Source: Candidatus Moranbacteria bacterium UBA2282
GTDB lineage: Bacteria; Patescibacteriota; Minisyncoccia; Moranbacterales; UBA2206
Assembly (NCBI GenBank): GCA_002345745.1
Contig: DDWQ01000014.1
Span: forward strand, 4,439-68,438
Length of the DNA: 64,000 nucleotides
Direction: 5' to 3'
Shown here in pieces: positions 10,057 through 17,892 of this stretch (the stretch's first letter is position 1; each line of letters starts with the position of its first letter). The notes below the pieces were generated by a model. It was not told the DNA's origin. It searched no databases and saw only the letters and a program-made list of their open reading frames with translations. A program made the position numbers and the translations under genes.

Positions 10057-11187
10057 ATGTCACAAGAAGATTTTAAGGCAGGAATTTACAAGCAACAATA
10101 TCAGTATAAGAGTTTTTCCCCTTCTGCCATAACTTCATATAAATGGTCTGATCCAAAAATCGATGTTTTGCTAGAAGATGCGGTAAGATATTTGGGTGAA
10201 CTGAATGCATATTCTCTACTTGTTCCTGATGTTGATTTTTTTATCAGAATGCATATTTTTAAGGAAGCAACAACTTCAAGTCGAATCGAGGGAACCAAAA
10301 CTGGTATGGAGGAAGCGTTGCTTCCAAAAGAAGAAGTTAATCCAGAAAGAAGAGATGATTGGGCTGAGGTTCAAAATTATACTCGGGCTATGAATTATGC
10401 TATCAGTGAACTTAAAAAATTACCACTCTCAATTAGATTACTAAGAGATACTCATAAAATTTTAATGACTGGTGTTCGTGGAAAATATAAAACTCCTGGA
10501 GAAATAAGAACGAGTCAAAACTGGATTGGCGGTTCATCTTTGCAAGATGCTGTTTTTATACCACCACATCCAAGTGAAGTTCCCGAGTTGCTAAGTGATC
10601 TTGAAAAATTTTGGCACAATAAGCAAGTGGCTATGCCTCATCTTATTAAAATTGCCATTAGCCATTATCAATTTGAAACAATCCATCCATTTTTGGATGG
10701 AAATGGCCGTATAGGAAGACTTTTAATTACACTGTACCTTGTAAATGAAGGTATCTTGCGGAAACCTACATTGTACTTGTCAGATTTTTTTGAAAGAAAC
10801 AAAGGGTCGTATTATGATGCATTGACTATGGTGAGAAAGTCTGATGACCTAGAACAGTGGATAAGTTTTTTTCTTATTGGTATTTCTGAAACAGCAAAAA
10901 AGGGGAAAGTTACTTTTGAGAAAATCATTGCTTTAAGACAAAAGTCAGAACAAAAGACCATTAGTTTTGGCAAACGAGCAAAAGTATCACAAGAATTATT
11001 GAAACATTTATACTCACAGCCAGTTATGAATATCAAACAAATAATGGAAAAGTTGGATATAACTAGTCCATCAGCTAATACTCTTGTTAAACAATTTCAG
11101 CAAGCAGGTATTCTTAAAGAGCTTACAGGATTTAAAAGAAATAGACTTTTTGTATTTGATGAATATCTTAAATTATTCAATAGGTAA
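10057..11187 (+). CDS. Fic family protein (paralog of 8796-9848)
   Basis: Fic motif [12 protein letters not shown]; inhibitory-type motif SSRIEG; 376 aa. A nested GC-rich hairpin (GCCACGA...TCGTGGC) follows at ~11232-11297. Confidence 0.8.
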   Translation: MSQEDFKAGIYKQQYQYKSFSPSAITSYKWSDPKIDVLLEDAVRYLGELNAYSLLVPDVDFFIRMHIFKEATTSSRIEGTKTGMEEALLPKEEVNPERRDDWAEVQNYTRAMNYAISELKKLPLSIRLLRDTHKILMTGVRGKYKTPGEIRTSQNWIGGSSLQDAVFIPPHPSEVPELLSDLEKFWHNKQVAMPHLIKIAISHYQFETIHPFLDGNGRIGRLLITLYLVNEGILRKPTLYLSDFFERNKGSYYDALTMVRKSDDLEQWISFFLIGISETAKKGKVTFEKIIALRQKSEQKTISFGKRAKVSQELLKHLYSQPVMNIKQIMEKLDITSPSANTLVKQFQQAGILKELTGFKRNRLFVFDEYLKLFNR

Positions 11188-11431
11188 GATCAACACTTTA
11201 TAAAATCGGTTCTGACTTCCTCTAAGACTCGGGGCCACGAAAAACTCAAAAAAGACTACCTCTTTTCAGGATAGTCTTTTTTTTCGTCTCGTGGCGCCGC
11301 CAATGAAATAAATCCCTTTTCTTTTTAGTGGATGTCTTGACTTTTTGAAAGTTTTACATTATTCTTCAATATCGAATTAGGAAAGGCCTATTCGTAAATT
11401 TCTTTTACAAATTCAAGCAAAAGGAGGCACT

Positions 11432-11761
11432 ATGCCGATCATAGAATTTACAGGAGTCGAAGCGGAACGCGATGTGATTATTAACTTGATTCGTCAAATC
11501 AAGGTCTGGGTAGCATCCGTAGAGAGTTTGGGTGTTGGCATAGAGCATGTCACGCCCATATACATTCCATCGATACAGGAAAATCAGGGCGAACATACAA
11601 TGTTTTATGTGCAGGAACTTTTCACGGTAAGCTTTGCTGGCAAGTCCAGAACGACTGAAATTCGTAAGGAGCTTGCTCAAGCAATTGAGAAAGGCTTCAA
11701 TACTTTCGTCGCTACTGACAAGCTTATCGTCAAACCCAGAAGAGCAACGATTTTTTTATAA
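11432..11761 (+). CDS. hypothetical small protein, visibly GC-richer than its surroundings
   Basis: 109-aa ORF starting MPIIEF... with RBS-like AAAGGAGG upstream. No family recognised. The minus-strand overlapping ORF 11405-11680 is considered spurious. Confidence 0.4.
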   Translation: MPIIEFTGVEAERDVIINLIRQIKVWVASVESLGVGIEHVTPIYIPSIQENQGEHTMFYVQELFTVSFAGKSRTTEIRKELAQAIEKGFNTFVATDKLIVKPRRATIFL

Positions 11762-11828
11762 GTTCGAATATTTTCTAGTACATGTTTGTTTAGGCGTTGA
11801 AACATGTTCGAATCAATTTGAACTCGCT

Positions 11829-11874
11829 GAGCCTTGCACTTTTTTATTTTGCCTAATTTGTCGAGGACCGTCCT
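11829..11874 (+). repeat. right copy of direct repeat
   Basis: GAGCCTTGCACTTTTTTATTTTGCCTAATTTGTCGAGGACCGTCCT. Confidence 0.8.
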
Positions 11875-11906
11875 CACTAAGCAAAAAACAAAACAAAGAG
11901 GAATGC

Positions 11907-12980
11907 CTAATGTCTGATCCCGATTACGATCCAACGCCAGATCTTCAAACATCGAGATTCCCAGATTTTGAAACACTGAGAGTTTAAAAAGAAAGAAACA
12001 AGGTTTCTTATAACATGATGAGGACGATTATAAGCGAACATTTTTTTTGAAAGTATATTGATCTTATAAAAAGATTCTATTCTGCCTAAGAAACTATTTA
12101 CCTCAGCCAGTCTTACCCATCGCTGATTAAATAAAGTAATAAGTTTTTCTGTGATGATTATTTGCTGTTCTTTGGTAAACGTTGGCGGATAGTAGGTGTT
12201 TTTGTACCAAGCTTCATGGCAATGGTATACTTCAGAATCAAAAATACGAGCGAATATGTCCATATTTGCCAAGAGATTTTTAAATTCTTTTGTATTGCGA
12301 TCAAGACTTCTAATCTTTTTTTGAAAATTTATATAAATTTTTTCTAATTCATTGTTTTTCTGGTCGCCATCTTCTAGCATGCGATGGAATTCCCTGGGGG
12401 ATAGACTCTTATTTTTTCCTTTCTTTGCCGATTTGGCACGTAGAAACATTATAAGCTTATATCGCTCATCTTTTTCAAGTAAATTAGTATCAGAAAATAA
12501 AATTTGGTCTTGAATTAAATGTATAATCAGTTTTTCAGCAGTATGACTTTTAAGAATAATGAGTGAATGTACTTCTTCAATCCACCTTCTGCGTATGTCA
12601 ATTAATTTTAAAAATTCATAAAATAAAAATGACTCATCAATAATTTCTTTTTCCAGTTGTTTCTTTAGGGCTTGTGTATTTGTTATATAAACTACATAAT
12701 AATCTTGATTAAGCTTGTTGAGATTATCAAGTTGAGACTTAAAAACCTCAAGATTATGTTTTTTTTCTGCAAGCGTCTTATCAAAAAAATTTTTAAAAAA
12801 ATAGCTAGCGATTACATATATTAAATTGATACTCAACATAATGCCCAGAGTAAAATTTAGCGTTGGCCATGATATGCCAGCTGTTAAGGTGTCATAGATG
12901 TCTTTGAAGTTGTTCATAGAATGTAATATAAAAAATTTATCAATTATTTTTATTATACTTAAAACAATAATTGCATGCAA
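11907..12980 (-). CDS. hypothetical protein with N-terminal TM segment
   Basis: 357-aa ORF on the minus strand with an internal TM (LGIMLSINLIYVIASYFF). No recognisable motifs. The true start may be an internal Met (MNNFKDIY). Confidence 0.45.
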   Translation of the reverse strand: MHAIIVLSIIKIIDKFFILHSMNNFKDIYDTLTAGISWPTLNFTLGIMLSINLIYVIASYFFKNFFDKTLAEKKHNLEVFKSQLDNLNKLNQDYYVVYITNTQALKKQLEKEIIDESFLFYEFLKLIDIRRRWIEEVHSLIILKSHTAEKLIIHLIQDQILFSDTNLLEKDERYKLIMFLRAKSAKKGKNKSLSPREFHRMLEDGDQKNNELEKIYINFQKKIRSLDRNTKEFKNLLANMDIFARIFDSEVYHCHEAWYKNTYYPPTFTKEQQIIITEKLITLFNQRWVRLAEVNSFLGRIESFYKINILSKKMFAYNRPHHVIRNLVSFFLNSQCFKIWESRCLKIWRWIVIGIRH

Positions 12981-13122
12981 TCTTCGAGTAAGGGGGCTTT
13001 TATGTTTGAATCTGCACAGTCAAAAAGTTCCTAACCATCAAATCATCTTTTGTGATATAATAAAGCTAGTAATTAAGCAGAGATAAAGAATAAAAAATAA
13101 TTTTTTAACTAGAAATTAATAT

Positions 13123-14004
13123 ATGGAAAAGATGGAAAAAATGTCAGGATTATTTCCAAAAAAAGAAGAGTTTGATGATAGGGAAAAAATATTAAAAAGT
13201 CTGGAAAAAATCGGTCTGCATGAAAAAATTCATGAAGAAATTCTTTGGCGATTAATTTTGCTCGAACAAGAATCAAAATTTAACGAGGATTCTCGAAAAA
13301 TTGAACGAGGAGTTGACAATGTGTTTAATTTTCTTGAGCAGCGATATAATACTCGCTATCCACAATTAATATTTACACCAGAGCAAAAAATAGAAGGACG
13401 CACTGCTGCAATATTACATGACATTGGGAAGACTGGTCCGGCAGAGGCAAGTGTGGCAGAAGCAAAAACTATTGTTAGGATTTTTGCCCAAGAACAAATT
13501 AAAGATCCAGCAATGTCTTTGGAAGAGGTTATCGCAAAAAGCTTTCCTCAAGCAGAAGGAGATGTTATGGTAATGCATTTGAAAAATCTTGGGATTGATT
13601 TGCAAACAAGCAATACACAATTTTGGGATATGCACGCACAGTGGACTCATGATATTTTGGAAAAATTCCCCATAGGGCTAAATGAACACACCAGAATTAT
13701 TGCTGGATCACACCATTTCAACAAAGGGATTAATCCGTATGAACTTTCTGAATCAGAAATTCCACTGCAAGCTGGAGCTATTGGCTTGATGGAGGAATAT
13801 GTTGATGCGGTAGAAGGCCGCATACTAATGGTGGTTGATCAATATGAAGCTAATCGCAGGCGCAGTGGTTCCAGTCATGAACACGCGATAGCTTGGGTTC
13901 GCAAGAATTTAAAAGAATCCAAAAACTTTAAAAATGATGAAATTATAGTGTTAATTTGTGATGCGATAGATGAATTGGGCAGAGAAGAAAGTATATTTTT
14001 ATAG
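13123..14004 (+). CDS. HD-domain phosphohydrolase
   Basis: ILHDIGK ... AGSHHFN motifs typical of the HD superfamily. Confidence 0.65.
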   Translation: MEKMEKMSGLFPKKEEFDDREKILKSLEKIGLHEKIHEEILWRLILLEQESKFNEDSRKIERGVDNVFNFLEQRYNTRYPQLIFTPEQKIEGRTAAILHDIGKTGPAEASVAEAKTIVRIFAQEQIKDPAMSLEEVIAKSFPQAEGDVMVMHLKNLGIDLQTSNTQFWDMHAQWTHDILEKFPIGLNEHTRIIAGSHHFNKGINPYELSESEIPLQAGAIGLMEEYVDAVEGRILMVVDQYEANRRRSGSSHEHAIAWVRKNLKESKNFKNDEIIVLICDAIDELGREESIFL

Positions 14005-14059
14005 TAGTTAGAATCTGAGTTTTAGAATCTGAGTTTGCTCTTGCTTTTTGCCGAAAAGT

Positions 14060-14127
14060 AGTGTATAATGAAAAGGTAGTAGAGAATATAGGTAATATTT
14101 TAGAAAACGGGTGAACCCGTTTTTTGC
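14060..14127 (+). promoter_or_regulatory. extended -10 promoter (TGTGTATAAT) followed ~35 nt later by an intrinsic terminator hairpin: short leader or attenuator
   Basis: TGTGTATAAT at 14060-14069. AACGGGT-gaa-CCCGTT plus TTTTTT at ~14106-14127. Preceded by a 14-bp tandem duplication TTAGAATCTGAGTT x2 (14007-14034). Confidence 0.4.
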
Positions 14128-14154
14128 CGTTTTAGAGCAATTTTAAAAGAAAAG

Positions 14155-14856
14155 ATGAAAAAAATACAAATAAAACTAAATACTAGACTTAAAAAGGCGA
14201 AATTGAAAAAAAGTGCTTATATTAGGTATTTTATGCAAAGATTTAATATTATCACTGAAGATATCAAAAAAAGCATTGAACCAGGGCTACTTAATAAACA
14301 TCAAGTAACGGTTGTAATGCTGGTTAGTTTTATTGTATTTACAAGTTACATTATTTTAATTAAACAATATTATTATCAAAATTTTTTGCAAGTGCGTCAG
14401 GTTGAGCAAAAAAGTGTGCAGGAATTTAAAGCAGAAAAGTTTGAAAAAGAGCTAGCAACTCTAGTTGCGGGTTATCCAATTGAAGCTATGGTTCCATATA
14501 TTGCTAAAAAAGATAGAGACACCGCTGCATATCTAATTGGAATCGCTAAAAAAGAAAGTAATTGGGGCAAAAGAAAACCCGTGCTAGATGGAAAGGATTG
14601 TTATAATTATTGGGGTTTTAGAGCTACACGCGAACGGATGGGCAGTGGCGGACACACGTGTTTTGATAATCCGAAAGAAGCAGTCAATGCTATTGCAAAT
14701 AGAATTGATCAAATTATTGTGAGAAATGATGTGAAATCAGCAAAAAATATGGTTGTTTGGAAGTGCGGTTCAAATTGTGATGTGACTGGCGGACAAGATG
14801 CAGCTGACAAATGGATAATCGATGTGGATATGTATGCAAAAAAAGTCTTGAATTAG
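14155..14856 (+). CDS. membrane-anchored GH73/FlgJ-like (ESxWG...YNYWG) putative peptidoglycan glucosaminidase, paralog 1
   Basis: N-terminal TM. IAKKESNWG and YNYWGFRA resemble the FlgJ/AcmA catalytic Glu motif and the YNLFG motif. Four conserved Cys (DC, CFD, KCGSNC). Paralogs at 39461 and 41635. Confidence 0.5.
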   Translation: MKKIQIKLNTRLKKAKLKKSAYIRYFMQRFNIITEDIKKSIEPGLLNKHQVTVVMLVSFIVFTSYIILIKQYYYQNFLQVRQVEQKSVQEFKAEKFEKELATLVAGYPIEAMVPYIAKKDRDTAAYLIGIAKKESNWGKRKPVLDGKDCYNYWGFRATRERMGSGGHTCFDNPKEAVNAIANRIDQIIVRNDVKSAKNMVVWKCGSNCDVTGGQDAADKWIIDVDMYAKKVLN

Positions 14857-14952
14857 AAAAGTGTTTTGTTTGTGCTAAGTATATATAAAAAATAACCCCG
14901 CATTTATGGGGTTATTTTTTATGATGTGAAGAAAGAAAACAAATCCTCTCGG

Positions 14953-15966
14953 TTAATTTATTTGTTCTGTTTGAAGCATTAATCTTTTCCAATCAGTATT
15001 AAGTGGCCAACAAGTTACGATGGTAAGATTTTGTTTGGAAGTTTCTTCAAAGATGCGCTGATCATCTGGGCTAACGACTTCTTTGTTAGTGACTTTATAT
15101 TTATACTCCAGTGTTTTACCATTAGCTTGTGTTGCAGTTATTACAATTTCATCACCAGCTTGCAGATTATTTAAATCTTTGAAAATGTAATTATATTCTC
15201 CATCAGACCAAATGTAATTGCTACTATGTCCCGTAGTCACTACATTACCAGCTTGCCCAGGGATTCCTGTTTGTGGATAGCGTACCACGCCTTTTTTCAG
15301 GTCTTCCTGTAAATCAGCTTCAAGGGTGCTAACAGACCAGAGGACAGGTGCGTCAACATTAATCTTGGTAATAATAACTTTGTAGCTTGGTCTAGCATCG
15401 CCTTTTTTGCTGGGATCATAACCATTTCTGATTTCATTAGAATCGTCAAATCCATCCTCATCAGTATCAGCTTTCTGTGGATTGGTGCCATGGCGTAGCT
15501 CAAGATAATTAGGTAAACCATCATTATCCTGATCCAGAGCATAGTCGTTGGCAGTGACGCTCAAGCCAAATTCTTCCTCCCAAATATCGGGCAAGGTATC
15601 TTTATCCAAATCAAGCCTGCCTGCTCCAATGGGATTGTAACCAGCTTTGATCTCCGCACCATCTGAATAACCATCCTTATCTGTGTCAGCTTCTTGGGGA
15701 TTAGTGGCATACTTATATTCAGCTAGTATGGTCAAACCATCATTATCTAGATCTTGTTGTAAATCTTTTTCATTTTCAACTTGAATGTCATATTTTTCTA
15801 GCCAAACATTAGGGATGCCATATTTTTCCTGGGAAGGCAGATTAACTGAACCATTAATAAATCTTCCAATATTACTAATATCAAAGTTAAGGAGATAAAA
15901 AATGATTGCAAAAATAATAAGAAAGGCTGAGATAATAGATGGACGTTTTAGTAGTTTAATTTGCAT
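14953..15966 (-). CDS. sortase family transpeptidase with thrombospondin type-3-like Ca-binding repeats
   Basis: N-terminal TM. Four DxDxDG repeats (DNDGLT, DTDKDGYSDG, DQDNDGLP, DTDEDGFDD). Sortase His (VTTGHSS) and catalytic Cys in LTIVTCWP. Confidence 0.7.
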   Translation of the reverse strand: MQIKLLKRPSIISAFLIIFAIIFYLLNFDISNIGRFINGSVNLPSQEKYGIPNVWLEKYDIQVENEKDLQQDLDNDGLTILAEYKYATNPQEADTDKDGYSDGAEIKAGYNPIGAGRLDLDKDTLPDIWEEEFGLSVTANDYALDQDNDGLPNYLELRHGTNPQKADTDEDGFDDSNEIRNGYDPSKKGDARPSYKVIITKINVDAPVLWSVSTLEADLQEDLKKGVVRYPQTGIPGQAGNVVTTGHSSNYIWSDGEYNYIFKDLNNLQAGDEIVITATQANGKTLEYKYKVTNKEVVSPDDQRIFEETSKQNLTIVTCWPLNTDWKRLMLQTEQIN

Positions 15967-16052
15967 AACATTTCATAAAAAATCCCTTCTCCAACTGATT
16001 TTGTTTATGTTGGGAAGGGAAATTTTAAAATAATTTAGTTGAAAGGTATAGT

Positions 16053-17672
16053 TTATTTTTGGTAAGCCAACTTTTTTGTTTTTATCCAAATATAGATCAG
16101 CAAAGCTGTAATGGATAATAGGGCGGCTAGATAGATAGCAATGCTGCCACTACCGGTGGCGGGTGCCACTCGTTTACCTTTGTAACCGAAGTCAGCTTTC
16201 ATATAAGAATCGTGATCATTTTTCAATGTGACATCGGTTTTATTATTTTTTGTGTCATCTGGATCATAAGTTTGGGTATATTTATCAACGTCTTCATTTG
16301 TAACATTAATAATGTAATCATTTTTACATAGACGTTTAAAAGAATAATATCCCTTATGATCAGTGGTAGTACGATAAGTATTACCGTCAGAAGTTATTTT
16401 TACACGTATCCCGCTAAGACCTTTTTCGCTATCGTCTTGCACTCCATCACCATTAGCATCTAGCCAGACGTAATCGCCAATTTCTCCCTTACATTCGTCA
16501 TCTTCTGGCTTTGGTCCTGGTCCTGGTGGAGGTGGAAGTGGAGGTGTGTTTTCTAATCTAACCGATGAATTATCACTGTCGGTTAGATTGGCAGTATTAT
16601 TTACTGGTGAAGCGGTTACTTGAGCAATATTTATATAGCTTGCTGTTACAGATGAATCTGTGCAAGTATAATTGAAAGATTCTTTTGGGTCGAAATAATC
16701 TCCAGCGTATAAATTTTTTGTTTGACTAGCACTTCTATTACAGTTAGAAACTCTAGGGTCAGAAATAACTACATTTTTTAAAATTGCATTACCTGTATTT
16801 GTAACAGTTATTTTGAAAGTTGCTGAACCACCATTTGTAACTGTTTGAGTGTCATCACCATTGTCATTGTCGTTCTTGATAATAGTAATAGCAGGATGCA
16901 ATACATTTACTTGCACTCTTGTACTACATGTTACGCTGCCACCGACTCCTTTTGCGGTAGCTGTGTAGAGAGTTGTTTGTGTGGGGCGGACTATTCTTGT
17001 TCCACTCACATTCACACTTCCAACACCTTGATTGATAGAAAAACTAGTTGCGTTAGTGGATGACCAAGTTAAAGTTGATTGACTCCCAGCATTAATGGTA
17101 GCTGGATTAGCATTGATAGCACAAGTAGGAGCTGGAATTACAGGATTTATTTTATCTAAAACAATAGAATTTATAATAATACTTTCCATAGCATCTCCGG
17201 AACCAACCTTATTATAACTCTCAGTATACCATTTTCCAGTGAAGATATTGGCATATTTGTGACGAGCTTTAAAAGTGACGTTACCTGATAAATTGATTAT
17301 TCCTAAATCATAAACAGCTGTTTTTGTAGAAGTAGCATTGCCACCTAAATCAGGAACAGTATAATCCTTGCCGTTGACAGTTACAATCGCCACTTCATAT
17401 TTTTGAGAAGCAGTCAAGCTACCGACATTTACTTTGACTCGATAATTTCCCGAAGCCACGTTGACTGTCTGCGTGCCGGTTGCCCCGTTACAACTATTCA
17501 TTGGTCCACAGTAAGTGGCCAAATTATAAGGCACAACATCCTCCTTGCAAAAGCAATTAGGAGCAAACATTTTCGCACTTGACCCGAAGGTTACGGTGGT
17601 TGCAGCTTGTGCTTGAGGAGCAGCAATAAGAGCGCTGACAAGTAGCAAGGCAATTAAAAGTAATTTTTTCAT
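16053..17672 (-). CDS. secreted surface protein (DUF11 repeat, SdrD-B/Cna-B-like domain) with C-terminal sorting-signal-like tail
   Basis: Signal peptide MKKLLLIALLLVSALIAAPQAQA. DUF11-like TVTNTGNAILKNVVISD. Pro-rich linker PPLPPPPGPGPKP. SdrD-B motif GDYVWLDANGDGVQD...GYYSF. C-terminus VAPATGSGS, then hydrophobic TM, then KTKKLAYQK. Confidence 0.7.
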   Translation of the reverse strand: MKKLLLIALLLVSALIAAPQAQAATTVTFGSSAKMFAPNCFCKEDVVPYNLATYCGPMNSCNGATGTQTVNVASGNYRVKVNVGSLTASQKYEVAIVTVNGKDYTVPDLGGNATSTKTAVYDLGIINLSGNVTFKARHKYANIFTGKWYTESYNKVGSGDAMESIIINSIVLDKINPVIPAPTCAINANPATINAGSQSTLTWSSTNATSFSINQGVGSVNVSGTRIVRPTQTTLYTATAKGVGGSVTCSTRVQVNVLHPAITIIKNDNDNGDDTQTVTNGGSATFKITVTNTGNAILKNVVISDPRVSNCNRSASQTKNLYAGDYFDPKESFNYTCTDSSVTASYINIAQVTASPVNNTANLTDSDNSSVRLENTPPLPPPPGPGPKPEDDECKGEIGDYVWLDANGDGVQDDSEKGLSGIRVKITSDGNTYRTTTDHKGYYSFKRLCKNDYIINVTNEDVDKYTQTYDPDDTKNNKTDVTLKNDHDSYMKADFGYKGKRVAPATGSGSIAIYLAALLSITALLIYIWIKTKKLAYQK

Positions 17673-17892
17673 AGATTTGTTATTTAGTTAAATTATTTAT
17701 TATTTATGATAACTGAATATCCTAGCATATATTTATATTTTTGTCAATAGTAAATATGTGCCAGTGGTAATAATGGCTAATTTGTGGCATAAACAGCTAA
17801 TTAAAAAAATAACAGTAATAGGTCTTCACAAAGTTTAAAATATACGGTATGATATAAGCTCACGATTATTTTTTATAAAATTATATAAATTT

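Larger units (their letters stand above)
8643..11874. mobile_element. putative tRNA-Asn-associated genomic island or integrated-element remnant (Fic cargo, no integrase seen)
   Basis: Bounded by near-identical 46/47-bp direct repeats. The left copy begins inside the tRNA 3' end. A degenerate tRNA T-loop copy (GTTCGAATC, 11806-11814) precedes the right copy. Confidence 0.5.

Noticed and set aside
11634-11987. ORFs 11634-11987 (+) and 11677-11976 (-) across the right direct repeat
   Set aside because: They span the repeat and tRNA-like fragment, overlap each other and the 109-aa ORF, and have no motifs. Likely non-coding att-site DNA.
11907-12980. Possibility that the 357-aa minus-strand protein is the island's integrase
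   Set aside because: No R...HxxR...Y tyrosine-recombinase or serine-recombinase motifs recognisable. It has an N-terminal TM and looks unrelated, so it is kept as hypothetical.
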